Positions 42,821-57,181 of a stretch of 64,000 nt of DNA are shown here, in pieces; position 1 is the stretch's first letter; each line of letters begins with the position of its first letter. Under the pieces are notes generated by a model. That model worked only from the letters and a program-made list of their open reading frames with translations, was not told where the DNA came from and made no database searches. Location of the stretch: the NCBI GenBank assembly GCA_002104905.1, contig MCFE01000020.1:62001-126000 (forward strand). The letters are read 5' to 3'. The position numbers were made by a program, and so were the translations under genes. This DNA is from Basidiobolus meristosporus CBS 931.73. Lineage: Eukaryota > Fungi > Basidiobolomycota.

Positions 42821-44306
42821 ATGAATAGCAAAAAATCGTTGGGGATTTTGGAGGGCACAGATCCTAACCATTACCTTACACCGCCGACGTTCTCTCCCCT
42901 TAATTCTGGTGGTATACCTTCCGATCTCCAGAACGCTTCAGTCAAAGGTTCTTTAGATAATAGCCCAGGGAAAGAAGGGGAGTTCGATGACATACAAGTC
43001 CCCAAAATCCTAAGCCAATATTTGAAGCAACAGCTATGTTACGACGTACTCCCTATAAGCTTTAGCGCAATCGTTTTAGATTCCGGTTTGTTGGTGAAAA
43101 AGGCGCTTGCCGCGTTGCTGCAAAACGGTCAGTTCTATTCGCGCTTCTATCTAGCCTACGCTGAGAAGAGCACTGGATCCCCTACTCACCATTCGTCTTC
43201 CCGCAGGCGTTGCCTCAGCTCCTATATGGGACCCGGTGGAACAGAAATTCGCTGGAATGCTGACCGTTGCTGATTTCATCAATCTGATTCAGTATTTCTA
43301 CCAGCATTCCTCATATACCGATGCCTTGGAGGAAATAGAGCAGCTCAAGATTCATGCGTTACGAGGTAGCGCATGTGCACTGTGAATGAAGACCCCGACC
43401 ACACATCTAACTATTTGGTTTTGTCTCGATTCTAGGCATCGAGGAACAGCTGGGGGTTCCTACACCGGCCATTATCTCTGCACATCCATTGGATTCGCTG
43501 TATCATGCCTCCAAGATCATGATCGATGCCAATCTACAACGCTTAGCGCTGGTAGACAAAGACTCGCAGACCGGCCATGACGTGATAATCTCCGTGCTGA
43601 CCCAAAGCCGTATCCTGAAGTTTGTCGCTGCCAATGTAATTATGGAACCTGTACAGCGTTGATTTAGCCATTTATTCTAACTTGGCTATGTCCAGTACAA
43701 AGAGAAAAAACTGTTTTGTCAATCACTGGCCGAGCTCAAGATCGGAACCTATGAGAACCTGGCGACGGCAACCATGTCGACTCCGGTGATTGAAATTATC
43801 AACACTTTTGTTCAGATGGACATCTCTGCCGTGCCCATCGTGGATGAAAATAGTGAGTTAGCCCAATTTGTGTGAGCGTGTCATGTCATTGACTTTTGAC
43901 TTACTGGTTCGGTCATTAGATACTGTTCTCAATGTTTACGAGCACTCGGACGTGATGGTAGGCAATTCCACCCTACTCTCCACTGCCCATCTCAGCTAAC
44001 CACGCACTTAGATCCTCGCTCACGAAGGGGCCTTTTACGATCTTGACATGCCTGCGGAGGAGGCTTTGCTCAGAAGGCCCGAGGTAAGTGCAAGGATTTC
44101 CAGGTCAGCAGTTCGGCTACTCACCGACCCATCGGTAGGATTTCGAAGGGGTCCACACTTGCCGCCTCAACGATACGCTACTCTCGATCTTCGACACGAT
44201 CCGTCAGTCTCGGGTGCGCAGGTTCATCGTGGTGGACTCCGATGACAAATTGCTAGGCATTGTTTCGCTCAGCGATATCCTAAGCTACTTGATTGTATCA
44301 GATTAG
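42821..44306 (+). CDS. SNF4: AMPK/SNF1 gamma subunit (CBS domains)
   Basis: CYDVLPISF..IVLDSGLLVKKAL..LLQN, APIWD..FAGMLTVADFI, ISAVPIVD, LLGIVSLSDIL; multiple introns. Confidence 0.9.
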
Positions 44307-44627
44307 CCAGGACTTTTATATCTCAAGTTACTTAATTTTTATCGGCCGGCCAGCCAGCCCCGACCGCTCACTTGCAGGCACCACCGCATCAGATGCTTAT
44401 GACTTCCCCCCATTCATTCACTTTGTTTCCACTCTCCTCCTCCATCCAATGGACATTTATAAAAGGAATCCCCATTTTCACGAACGATGATTTCAATGTT
44501 GAAGAAGCCACAGCTGTGTGTGAGGCAGTTGTTTCCTGAATGTGTGGTCATATACAAGTTTTTGGATGCAAGTTTGTTGGGTGATCGAGGTTGATATGTT
44601 GATGGGCTGTGGGAGCGCCAAAATTGC

Positions 44628-45619
44628 TCAATTACTCGCATGTGAAAGTATCTCCGCCACCAAGCCCATTGGAACAGTGGCGAGATTTGGCTGGGATGGA
44701 AAGACATTGCCGTGTGGCATTGACACCATCACAGGAGCTTCGCTTGTGTGCATCCCAACACCGTCGGCCTCAAGCGGGAACTGGATGAACTGGCCAGATT
44801 CCCGGACGTACCGGTGCCTAACGTTGCAAACACAGCCCCGGTGCCCAAGTGCCTGACCTTTCAGTTGCAGTAGCTCCTCTTTAAGCTGGCCCACCAATTG
44901 TCGAAGCTCTCTATTTCTGTTGGCAACCATCTGCGATCTTTGCTCCAGCTCCTTGACCCATATCTTCTTTTTCTGTCGACATTTGGATGCTGCAACTCGG
45001 TTGCGCTCGAGGAAACGCCGTCGCTTCTCATCATTTCCCTGGAAGCTTGATTCCTTTCTTTTGTGACTGTCTAATCTCGATTGCCTGTTGTCATCAGAGT
45101 TGCTGCTCTGACCTCGTTTGATGCCCATCTTAAGCGCTTTGCAGGCTGGCTCCAGCCAGTTTGGGTACATCAATTGCTGTAGCGGGTGGGAGAATGGCCG
45201 ACTACCTGTAGACGATTTCCTGATATCCACCGACTGCGATGCTATCGAGAACTGGGAGGCTCTCGAGAGTATTTCGTGGTAGGACAGTGGAAGAGTGGTG
45301 GTGTCAACAGGCGCGATATCAACTACAGCATCTTTACTGCTTGGATTGGCCGTGGATGTGCTGATTGTCCTCTTGCCGCCCAGTGGGGGGAAACTAGCAT
45401 CGAATGGGTTAACTCCGCCCAATGCTGATAAACTAGGAGCTGGCCTATACACAACACAGTCAAGAAGAAGCCGGGCAGGCTTCGGGTCAACCTCAACCTG
45501 AGTCCCTTGACACTCTCAAGATCAACACCTGAATGCTGAGCAATCTGAGGCGAAAGGCGAAGCTTACCTTCAGTGAAACCAGAACGTGAAAAATCAAACT
45601 CAGGCTCGGCTCCGTTCAT
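44628..45619 (-). CDS. ATF1/ATF2-like bZIP transcription factor
   Basis: Basic region EKRRRFLERNRVAASKCRQKKK with a leucine zipper. The proposed 5' exons MNGAEPEFDF.. are less certain. Confidence 0.88.
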
Positions 45620-46717
45620 TTAGAGTTGCTGTAAACGCCGAGCTGACTGATGCGACGATGTGAGGGAATAGGAGACTCCGGTTGCGTGGAGCGGCTTATA
45701 TACAAACTGAGCCCATATAATCCCTTACCCATGCTGGCCATGTTGTCTACGAACACTTCCTGCACACCAATCAACCTATTCAAGAATAAGACAGCACGAT
45801 ACAATCCAACAAAAACAGAAATTCTCCTCAGATACATGTCGATGTCGAGCCTGGACATTTGAGGTTTAAAGTTGCAAATGATTTCCCGTTGGCATGGCCA
45901 TACATTCGATTTGGCCCTGCTCTGTATGAACCACATTGAACCAGTACCCTCCTAAGATTTCTTCCCCTCGCACCACCCCTAAGCATGACCAACCTTCCTA
46001 AACCCCAGCGCAAGGACCCGGTCATCAAACAATGGCGAGCTGCGATATCATACATCAGTCACTGCACTCTTCAACAATCTGCTAATCTCTGGCGACTATG
46101 GCGAGGAAGGCATTTATTCCAGACCACCGGCGCTTCCTCAAGCAACTGTGATGTAATGCTGCACCAGTTGATCGAAGACCCGACCCACATGTAGTGTGAC
46201 ATCATCCAAGGTGGGATCATATCTGCCACTGCGCCTGCAGCTCTCCAGGAAGACAGAGATCCCGCCCAAATACACACCATAGAACCCTCGGTTGTCAGGC
46301 GATTAAGCACCACCAAATCAAGCGATTACTAGGTGATCCGAACCTAGAGGATCAGCGATTGGAAGCACCAACACAAGCAATACCCTACACGGTTGGCCCA
46401 AACAATGTTCCTAATAGTGTATTAGGCGCCCGGTCACATGCGCACCTCCATGAACGTTTAGCTTCCCATGGAAGAGCGCAGAGCAAACCGAGTTTCGGGT
46501 GTTGGCGGTGACAGACTAGTGTATGAACGCTCAGGGCACTCTAGGTTGATCAGCAGAGTTGGGGATTAGGCAGACATAAGCAAGAATACAAAATATCCAT
46601 GGAACTGGCAATGGTGGAATCAAACATGATTTTATTAGAGAATCAAAGCACTGGTTGCCTTGTGTTCACTTGTATAGTAGGTTTAACGTATTGTTGGTAC
46701 AACGTTGCTCGGCATCC

Positions 46718-46949
46718 TTAACGGTACTTGGCAAAGCCGATATCGCTAGCGTATTGACGGAAGCACTGTCTGCATACGTTCAAACCATACTTGCGGATGA
46801 GACCGGCACGGTGGGTGCAAACACGGCTATCAATTGGAGACGGTCATTTAACCAGCACATATAGGCAAAGACTACGGGATCGCTTACCATTCACGGGAAC
46901 CTTTGCCAAAGTTGCGGGGGCGAGAGAACCAGACAGCTTCGTGGGCCAT
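46718..46949 (-). CDS. RPS29: 40S ribosomal protein uS14
   Basis: [21 protein letters not shown]|[23 protein letters not shown]; intron 46827-46887. Confidence 0.96.
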
Positions 46950-47391
46950 AATGTATCGATGTGCGATTAAGGACCGTAGAGGAATAGGAAGAGGAGAAAG
47001 ATCGGAGGCCCTCGTGGTAGAGATATCAATCAATTGGATCAACGAAAAAAAACCGCCCAGACCAATCAGATGCCTCGGCCGGCAACCCAAGTCAAAGACT
47101 GGGCATCTCGCCGAAAATTTTCTCAAGTCAATCTTGATCAGCTCCCGCTGATGCTGAGCAAATGCCGAGCAAGCGGGTGTCCAGGGAAAAAAAGAAAAAA
47201 AACGGCCCATCGAGGGGTGGACCCTAAAGTTGGGATTGATGCTAGAAATGTCTAGGTGTGTCATAAAGTGACCCTTCTTTCCCTGTTGGTTCTAACCTTT
47301 CTGTTTTGCTCGGTAAGTGAGGCTATCGATTCGCGTTGCTCCGGTACATCCATCTGACTTGACATTGGTTTCTGTTTAGGTCTGAGGAACC

Positions 47392-47991
47392 ATGGCCCTT
47401 CCTGCTGAAATTATCGGAGATGCCCAAGGCATCAAGCTTTTCAACAAGTGGTCTTACGAAGATCTCGAGATCAAGGATATCTCCTTGACCGACTACCTTC
47501 AAGTCCGTGCCCCTGTCTACTTGCCCCACACCGCCGGTAGATATGCCACCAAGAAGTTCAGAAAGGCTCAGTGCCCCATTGTCGAGCGTTTGACCAACTC
47601 TCTTATGATGCACGGTCGTAACAACGGCAAGAAGCTTATGGCTGTTCGCATCGTCAAGCACGCCTTCGAGATCATCAACCTTCTCACTGACCAAAACCCC
47701 ATTCAAGTCCTCATCGATGCCATCATCAACTCTGGCCCCCGTGAAGACTCTACCCGTATTGGTAGCTCCGGCACCGTCCGTAGACAGGCCGTTGATGTTT
47801 CTCCTTTGAGAAGAGTCAACCAAGCTATCCACCTTTTGACCACTGGTACTCGTGAGTCTGCCTTCAGAAATGTCAAGACCATTGCTGAATGCCTGGCTGA
47901 TGAGCTCATCAATGCCGCCAAGGGTTCTTCCAACTCCTATGCTATCAAGAAGAAGGACGAATTGGAGCGCGTTGCCAAGTCCAACCGTTAA
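47392..47991 (+). CDS. RPS5: 40S ribosomal protein uS7
   Basis: [44 protein letters not shown]. Probable 5'-UTR intron at 47313-47379. Confidence 0.98.
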   Translation: MALPAEIIGDAQGIKLFNKWSYEDLEIKDISLTDYLQVRAPVYLPHTAGRYATKKFRKAQCPIVERLTNSLMMHGRNNGKKLMAVRIVKHAFEIINLLTDQNPIQVLIDAIINSGPREDSTRIGSSGTVRRQAVDVSPLRRVNQAIHLLTTGTRESAFRNVKTIAECLADELINAAKGSSNSYAIKKKDELERVAKSNR

Positions 47992-48560
47992 TTCTATCCA
48001 TTTATTTCAGGTTTATTGGCTTCATCCACTTCGCTGTACAAAGATACAGAAAGAAATAAAGTACACCAGCATTCCTGTGCCTTCGCACTTGATCCATCGG
48101 TAATCGGTTCCTGCACGTATCACGCATCCCGTCAAGGGATTCGTCAGTGCGCATCCATAATCGTGAGTCTCCCAATTGTGGAATTAATGTGCCCATATGG
48201 ATACAGACCCCTCTAGACCCGGTCCGAGCCTGATGGGTGCGCGGGTTCGACAGTTCCCGTCTCCAATTTAGGTTTGGTGTTCTACACCTTATTGTCGGTA
48301 GTAGGTATACCCACGGTCAGTAAAATAATGCTGCAGCATTCATTGCAGGAAAGACAACGGCATTTCTGATATTTTTGGCATCACTTGGAGTCGGCTGGGT
48401 AATTATTAACCAGATCCCTCAATCCTTATTTTCGCTTCCCACTTGAATTATCGCGAAAACGTCCCTTGAAGCACTCTTTCCCAATATCATATCCCACTGT
48501 TACACCACCTCATACACACAATACCTACCAAAGGGCGCCACACGTTCTTTAGAGTCCGCT

Positions 48561-49579
48561 ATGATAGAACCCAACTTCATGCTCTTTTTGGAGTACGCAC
48601 CTGATGCGACCGTTCTCTATGTTTCGGCTAATATAGCGGAAGTACTGGGCTTTAAGCCTGATGAGGTGATCGGGCTCAAGTGGGACTTCCTTTACCATCC
48701 TGATGATAAAGAGGGGGTGAAGACCGTCTACCACGCTGCACTCAAGGAAGATAAGCTTTTCTCGGTCATACTATGCAGAGCACGACACAAGGAAGGATTC
48801 TACGTTTACGTAGAAGTGATAGGGGTGATATGCCACGACATGATTGTGGTGTTTTACTCCTTGATAACTGGGCCGCCCCGGTTCAAATGTCAACTGATAC
48901 GTAAGTGCTCTGGTTGCAGGATTCCCGACAGCCACCACTGAACTGACTTTGCCCTTCCATTTCTAGCATATCAGCGAGTTGCCCTGGTAGAGAGAACCAG
49001 AGTGCTTGATCAGGGTTTGGAGACAATGGTATGAATGTTTCGCAGTTGCTATCTCATTGTGGCTGCTCTCTTACGATACCCGTGCTGTAGGACTCATTCA
49101 ACAGGCCGATATCGCTGATTAAATACCCCAATGTAGACGCAGCCTTTAGAAACTTGACTCCCGAGCCAAGGGTATGTCTGGTCATCAACCGATTTACCCT
49201 GCGCCATGCCATTCTGTTTGCGTCGAACGCCTCCGAGAGTCTCCTGGGCATAATGCCGGAAGAGATGATCGGCGTACCGCTCCTCTCCTACATCCTTCCG
49301 GAGGATATGTGCACAGTGGACCATGCATTTTTCACGATAAAATCACACGAGTCGATGACATCCTTTCCTGTTGTCTTTCTCTCCCCCAGATACGGAGAAC
49401 TCAATCTGCATGCAGTGGCCATATCCTGCAGCGATGGGATCATCCTGCTGCTTCGACCCGACAACAATCGATATACGGTGAATGAGGAGGTCTTCATCTC
49501 GGGTCGATATACACGCTCCACCCCGAGACGACACCCCCCGCTGCTGCGATCGGAACCGCACTTCGAGACAATCTCTTAG
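48561..49579 (+). CDS. Tandem PAS-domain protein
   Basis: PAS 1: VLYVSANIAEVLGFKPDEVIG..LYHPDD. PAS 2: ILFASNASESLLGIMPEEMIG..YILPED. Joined by introns; no output domain recognised. Confidence 0.8.
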
Positions 49580-50030
49580 CAGCGCATCCCCCACTCTAAA
49601 CGCATACCATGGGAGTTGTAAATACCTACTGATGACTAGCACTGCTGTTCCCAACTTATAGGTATTTCCACTGCAGTGGTGCCGGTTTCCTTCGGTCGAT
49701 CTTATCCCTCATCCGACTAATTCTTCACCACCACCCACACGAATCTTGTTCCTGTAATATATTTAGTGCGTCTAGCGTCTAGCGTATACATCCACATCTG
49801 TATCACAAATAAATAGAAAGTGCACCAGATCGCCCCATTCGTGGGGGCCTTTGGATATCCGAATCGTTTCCATCGGCACGACTGAGCTTTCCTAATACGC
49901 ACCTATCGGATGGCGCTGATCCATTGGTCGGTTCGATCGAGGGGAATCGGTTGTTTTTGGTATGCATCAAAAGCGAGTGGAAAGAGGTGGTGGAGCCTCC
50001 TTTTGCATCCTTTCTTAGGCAATCTTCGAA

Positions 50031-50475
50031 ATGGTTAGTACATCCATCAACAGCGCATCCGTTAGACCCGAGCGGGGCGGGGAAGCGGCGGCCGGAGTAG
50101 TTCCACGCAGAGTCTAACCATCGCCTTTTTCTAGGCTAAACGTACTAAAAAGGTTGGAGTCGTTGGTAAATACGGTACCCGTTACGGTGCCTCTCTTCGT
50201 AAGCAAGTCAAGAAGATGGAAATTACCCAGCACGCCAAGTACACCTGCACATTCTGTGGCAAGGTAAGGGCCCGCCGGCTTCGTGGGGCATGTTGAATCC
50301 CTGTTAATGACGATTGCTGGACATCTAGGACGCCGTCAAACGCCAATCCGTTGGTATTTGGGAATGCCGTGGCTGCCGCAAGGTAATGGCCGGAGGCGCT
50401 TGGACCGTATCCACCACCGCCGCCGCCACTGTGCGCAGTACCGTCCGTCGTCTTCGTGAGTTGATGGAGTCTTAA
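50031..50475 (+). CDS. RPL43: 60S ribosomal protein eL43
   Basis: M|[29 protein letters not shown]|DAVKR..GIWEC..C; two introns. Confidence 0.97.
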
Positions 50476-50825
50476 ATCTTTACGAATACGAAGTGTACGT
50501 TTATTCTCCGAGTTAAATAAATACATTTGCTATTGCAGCTCTCGCGCAATGCTGGCTCATGACATTCGATGCTGTCCCGCCTAGCACCAGTGATGCTCGA
50601 TGGCACTTTGTCACCAGCGCAAACCTGATCAAACACTGTTTCTGTGCTATTCGGCACAACAACAATTTTACTGCCCCATCAGGATGGCGAGTGATTGTTG
50701 AGCAGCGATGCTGGATCCGATTATCCCAGCCACCTGCCAACCCGAATAACCATCCCATATTAGCCAGAAACCACCATTTGATTGCTCGAATTATTCAACG
50801 AAATAAATCGCTACTCCCAATCATG

Positions 50826-50882
50826 GAGAGTGGAATTTTTTTCGCGACTTTTTTTTTCTTCATCGTCGCAGTTTTTTTTTTC
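50826..50882. promoter_or_regulatory. RRPE-like and PAC-like elements upstream of NOP58
   Basis: GGAATTTTTTTCG (RRPE-like) and CTTCATCG (partial PAC-like) between poly-T tracts, about 110-160 bp before the ATG. Confidence 0.35.
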
Positions 50883-50986
50883 TCCTACTAACCTATCTTC
50901 AAGGCCCTTGTGGCTCGAGGCAGCCTTTGACTTCCCCGTACGGTGTTTGTTTCTCAATACACTTTTGATAGTCAGCTTCTTTTAAT

Positions 50987-52611
50987 ATGTTAGTACTTCA
51001 CGAGACACCCGCTGGTTATGCCTTGTTCAAACTCCTGGACGACGGAAAGATCGAGAAACCCGATGATTTGTATAAGGAATTCGAGACCGCCGAGAAGGCC
51101 AACCAAACGTGAGTAATGCTCATAAGCGCACCGAGATGTCCTTGGTTAACTGATTTCTCCTCCCTCCAGCATCAAGCTAAAGGCCTTCCAGAAGTTCGAG
51201 AACACCATCGATGCTTTGTCCGCTGCCACCGCCATCGTTGAAGGAAAGCTCGACAAAAGCTTGAAGAAGTTCTTGAGTGACGAGATCAGTGAGAAGGAGA
51301 TGAAGAAGGAGAGCTTGGTTGTCGCCGACTCTAAGCTTGGTGAGTGCATTATTTCGTCGATAGGCCTTTGGCGTACGTACTGACATGTAGACCTCAGGTG
51401 GCGCCATCTCCAAGAAGCTTGGCATCAAGATCGTTTCTGACTCTACTGTCAACGAGCTTTACCGCGGTATTCGTAGCCAAATCTCCTCCTTGTTGACCGG
51501 CATTCCCCAATCCGATATGAACGCCATGGCCCTTGGTCTTTCTCATTCCCTCTCCCGTTATAAGCTCAAATTCTCCCCTGACAAGGTTGACACCATGATT
51601 GTTCAAGCCATCGCCCTTCTTGACGATTTGGACAAAGAGTTGAACACCTACGCCATGCGCGCCAAGGAATGGTACGGCTGGCATTTCCCTGAAATGGCCA
51701 AGATCATCGTCGATAACTTGGCTTTTGCCCGTGTCGTCAAGGCCATGGGCTTCCGTACCAACGCCTCCAAGACCGACCTCTCCACCATTCTTCCTGAGGA
51801 ACTTGAGAAGGAATTGAAGGATGCCGCCGAGATCTCTATGGGTACCGAAATTTCTGACGAAGATATCATGAACATCACCCACTTGTGTGAGCAAGTCATT
51901 TCCATCACCGAATACCGTACCCAGCTCTACGAATACCTTAAGAACCGTATGGTTGCCATTGCTCCCAACCTCACCACCCTTGTTGGCGAGTTGGTTGGTG
52001 CCCGTTTGATCGCCCACGCCGGTTCCCTCATGAACCTCGCCAAGCACCCCGCTTCCACCGTTCAAATCCTCGGTGCTGAGAAAGCCCTCTTCAGAGCCCT
52101 TAAGACCAAGCACGACACACCCAAGTACGGTTTGATCTATCACGCCTCCTTGATTGGACAAGCTGGTCCTAAGATGAAGGGCAAGATCGCCCGTATGCTT
52201 GCCACCAAGGCCGCCATCTCCATTCGTGTGGATGCTCTTGGTGACAAGGATACTCCTGAAGTTGGTATGGAGAACCGTGCCAAGGTCGAGGCTCGCCTCC
52301 GTCAACTGGAAGGACGCTTCGCCGCTGGAGCAGCCAGAACCCCCAACAAGACCCCTAAGAGTCAAAAGAAGTTCGAGCTTAACAACAATGTGAATACCTA
52401 CAACACCAAGACCGACGCTGTTGTCCCCACAACCCCCTCCAAATCCGAGTCCGACGAAGTCGCCGTAGAGACCCCCAAGACCGAGAAGAAGGAAAAGAAG
52501 GACAAGAAAGAGAAGAAGGAGAAGAAAGAGAAAAAGAGAAAGGCCGATTCCGATGACGAGGACGCCAAGAAGGAGAAGAAGGACAAGAAGAAGAAGAAGA
52601 AGTCCGAATAA
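50987..52611 (+). CDS. NOP58: Box C/D snoRNP protein Nop58
   Basis: [63 protein letters not shown] and a KKE/D tail; two introns. Confidence 0.95.
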
Positions 52612-53249
52612 ATGCATCCATTCATTTTCCTTCCAGGATTCTTCGACTTCCGCACCCAAACCATCAGCCATGTCTTCCTCTTCTCCCTCACACCCTGACC
52701 AATATTTTCTCGACGGGTATACGAGGATGCTGGTTGGCTTATTCATCCACTCTAGTTGTAGGGCTTTTTCGAGTCCCCTTTTTATCTTCGTATTTTTAGA
52801 ATGTACTTAAGATTTTATATATTTTCCTTTTCCCTTCTTCCACTACCTCGACTATACTACTTTTATAAATCGGAAACGATGAGAAACTGCAATAAATATT
52901 TTCTTAGAATTTCATAAAGCATTCGGCCTTGCTAGCTTGCACCCACACCGCCATCGACTGGCATACCACAGGATGATTGTTGCGGTAAGATGAAATGTCA
53001 GCATGAGGGGTACGAACCAGCTAGCGAAGGTGGGTCAATGTTATTTCATGTGGGTTGCTCCTACAACAGGATTGAAACGAATAATATCCTTGTCTATTCA
53101 AAGGAGTTGGTTGGGTGGCATTGATTGGGATCACGTGGATAGGATCGAGGTGTAACCAACCGAATTTCGCACTTAGTGGGATAGTTGTCTCCAACCACAG
53201 TCAACTTCCGGATCTTGGAGCAGCTCCACCGTTGGCCTAGAGGAGGGGG

Positions 53250-56200
53250 TTAGTCTGAATCGATGGGTGCCGGACGGGGCTCTTCACCTACCAGTAATGC
53301 TGGTTGGTCTTGACACTGAGGACCATTGGGATCATATCGAAGCTTATGGTCTTGACTCGGATGTAGGTGTTGTCAGGAAATTGCTTCACGGCCTCCAAGA
53401 ATGCGGTAAGGTCCGGAGTTGGGACCCCGTTGATATGTGTGATCCACATGGTCGGGACCTAAAATTGGGTTGTCGCTCCTGTTAACCGTTGTCGCTGCTT
53501 CATGGGTCTCGGTTCGTTACTTACCATACCGTACTGGTACGCAGGAGAGCCCTTGCTTCGCGCGGAAATATATACATGGGAGGGTAGGGTTTTGGATTGC
53601 TGCAGGACTGCTTTGTGTGGCTCTGCAAAATGGTTCACGAAAGGTTAATTCTCCATCTCGGCGGATGCGCAGTATCATGCGTAGGGCTGTCTGAGTACCT
53701 TGAATCGCTGCACCAGCCCAGAGTACAACCCGGTTGGTCCCTTCACCGGAGGTAGGGCTGGTGGGAACTTTGATGGCCATTTCGACCTTTTCGCGTAGAA
53801 TCACCTAGCAAGGAAAGTGGGTTCAGTCAAGTGGTCTGATGGGCATGTATGTAGAAGAGTACCATCTCCAGTTCCTCCAGATCATACTGGATGTCCAAAT
53901 CGTACATCCTTGTCACGGTCTTGCCATTGACGGAGAGGATGATGTCCAATTCCTTCAAAACCTCAGCACTCCGACTACCTGCCTCCGTTTGCCGAATCAT
54001 GAACAGCTGATGCCTATGTGGACTGGCTTCCTCCACCTTTCTAACCCAATCCTCGGTCAGGCCCATATGGCGGGCTTGTACGATCTGCACGGGCATCAAT
54101 TCAACATTGATGAATCGAAGGTCGGGCTTTACACCCTTGCAAAGCGGCTCCAATACGGGCAGAACCGTTTTGATATTCAGACCCAGATAGTACTCATTGT
54201 CATGGCCAGAGACTGTGCGTTCACCCAAATAGGACAACCAAAGGGCTTGCACATGACCATTATCATCACACAAGACACCGCTAGAGCACTGCTGGGCAAT
54301 GGGAGTGTCAACCGTGACTGCTTCCAAATTAATGCTCCTGATAAGAGGAAGCAGGTTAGAGAAAATCCGAGGAGTCGATTGTGCGATCGTGACGGCTCTA
54401 CCTGAATCTGGGCGTTGCGTTCTGTGGGATGGTGACACTGGTGACATCGGTTACCACGGTGTTGATGCAGATAGGTCGATGGTTATGGTTGAAAGCCACA
54501 AAGCCAACACTCCGGCCTAGGGGGAAAGAGATTTACTGGGTGCCGACGGTGGATAGGAAGGGGGAGTGGTGGGGTACCTTGGATTAATGGTGCTTCACTG
54601 ATCACCGCGGACTTAACAGGGGTCTCACCAATCAGCTTGGGATCGTAGGAAATGAAAGTAAGGTTGTGTGTAGGATGGAGGTACTCCACCTTGCCGGGGA
54701 TGATGATGGAGTCAGCGAAGGTAAGCGACAAATCACCCAAGGCAAAAGGAACAATACTACGGCCAACAACGACCAAACCACGTTGAGCATCCAGGATAAG
54801 GCCAGCTCCTTGTTTCTGCAGCGCAAATTGGTGATGAGTAGGGTTCCGTGAAAACGGTCAATCTAGTAAGTCTTACCCTGCTTCTAGGGAAGCCGTCGAT
54901 CTTGCAGGGCATGTAATAGCTCACTCTCACCAAGGAATTGATCAGCTGCTTACCGGCCCCCAGGCTATTGTCGAGCGTAACGAATTTGGCAGTGGCAGGG
55001 TTCAACGGCTTGGGCGGGATTGGGTCGCCAAGGTACGTGAAGTCCCAGATGCCGCGGATATCTAAACTCAATTCAAGTAAGCAACCATCTTCGAAGAGGT
55101 CCCGTTTTGGCACTGCTTACCGTTCCTGACTGCTAGTTTGAAGCTCGACCAGTGCCTCTCGACCTGTACTACGGCAACACTGCTTGTGTGTGTATCCGCG
55201 ATTGAATAATAAACCACTGGAACTCGCTCCCGATCGGGTATGCCCTTCATGACTTCTATGAAGGCATCAAGGTTTGGCGTCGGCTTGTTGTCGACGGAAG
55301 ATATGATCCATCCGTTATCTTGACCCTCCAACCTGAACATTCCACTGGGTTCCGAAACGTAGACACCGCCGACAGGAACACAGTAGGAGCGAGCAAGTTG
55401 ATACGACAACTCATTTAGCTTGGCTCCGCCAATCTCAACATATCGATCAGGAGTGCTGAAAAACGGGTTAATAAGCGTAGGTAGGAGCTTAGGAGGCTGG
55501 TCGAAACTCACATCGAGTGTAGATCCTGAACTGCCAATTTAAACTCCAGTGGAACGCCGCCGCGCTCGATGACCACCGTGATTTCTTTTCCTACGTTGTC
55601 GTCCAGATAGACTTCCAGAGGGACAAACTTGGTCACATATTCCCCGTTTATCGATATGAGTATGTCTCCTTCCTCCATGTATGCTGATCCTGGTCCTTTG
55701 GGCACAACGGTCTCCGCAACCAACATGCCGATCTCTTCGGGGAACTTGGAGCGGATGAACGTCTCCGTTTCATTCCGAAGGCCCAGACGTCTCACCTCAT
55801 CAAAAGGCCGATACCTGTCCAATCAGAAAGTCAATAAAGGCCAAGAGACAAACGATCACCCACTAGGTACTAACAGAAATTGGACTTGAATGGTTCCTCG
55901 AGACACGGGTTTTCCCTCCCTGATCAGGTCCAAAGCCCTTTTGACTCGATCCAGTGGCAAGAAGAAGTCGGTGGCAGCTTTGGTATGGCCACCTTTTGGG
56001 ATTGAAGCGTTGTTAGCATACTGATGATAGCACGAATCTACAGAACTACGCGAGGGTACCAACCTGCTTGTAATGCAACCGCGTTACCGTTGATATCGAT
56101 GACCGGACTTCCCGAGCTACCTGAAATCCATGGTTAATTCATACGACTTGCTGATGACATCCCTCGATTCAAGAAGCCTCACCTCCACTGGTACTAGAAG

Positions 56201-57181
56201 CTGCTTGCCTTCAAATGAAATATCAGTCTCATCGCACCTTGTTTCAGGCCATATGTATTACTTACAGATAAAAAGTGTTGAAGTCGTTGTAGGTCATATC
56301 TCCATACTCAGGCGCGTTTCGGTCCAGTCTAGAAATCGAGCCGGCAAGGATGGATAGCTTTTCACCAGCATCGTTACCTACCACTCGGATGTCGATTCCG
56401 ACACGCGCCAGATGAGGTCGGAGTGGGATGCCTGTCAGCTTCATGTATTTGATTTTGGACGTATCGAATCGCAAGAAACTGGAAGGGATTCCAAAGTTAA
56501 GGAAAGGAGGATGACAAGTCTGTTGGGTTGAAAGCATACCCGAAGTCATGAACTGGATCCCTGATTTGACGGGTAATGTTAGCATACGATGCGGCGTTAG
56601 TTCCCTATACAAACAGAAGTACCTATAGACGGGGTAAACATCCACTTCTTCGTGGTCGTGGGCAACCGCCTCGCCAACAAACGGTCCTGCACCAACTACG
56701 TGTCTGGAGGAATGGTTACCAAAGCAAGTCTCAGAGGAGATAAAGCTGGGCGATTACCCACCTGTTTGTCAAGATCAATCCCTGTTCAGCGTCAACTATG
56801 AATCCAGTGGCTTCGGAGTTTTCCGGTCCTGAACAGCAAGGGTTAAAGTGGTTCGTGCTATCCCAGGTTCGTCACACTATCTATGCGGTAACACCGTCAG
56901 TTAAGCTAACCTTCGGTATCGAATGCGGCAACCTGGCTAAACCGAATGGAGACGATAGCTTTGATCGCATTTTCGATGGTGGCTTGCCATTGAGGCGGCT
57001 GAAGGGCGGGGATACTAGCGGCAACGGCGTTGGTATCTTCGGTCAAAGATTCACGTCGGTAGCCAACTGCAGTAAGTGAGTTGGTGCGTCTACGTTTGTT
57101 CTGAGTGGGCCGCGGTGATCCGGCTGGATTGCCATTAGGGGCAGCTTCCATATTCTGTATATCAGCAGTATCCACGTCCAT
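53250..57181 (-). CDS. NMA111: Nuclear HtrA/PDZ serine protease
   Basis: [61 protein letters not shown] and repeated PDZ/protease segments; many introns. Confidence 0.93.

Noticed and set aside
48225-48270. tRNA or SINE suggested by GGGTTCGA
   Set aside because: No 5-bp T-stem with a 7-nt loop, no cloverleaf and no A box.
51394-52746. 450-aa minus-strand ORF
   Set aside because: Antisense shadow of the codon-biased NOP58 gene. The same applies to the antisense ORFs over RPS5, RACK1 and FOL1.
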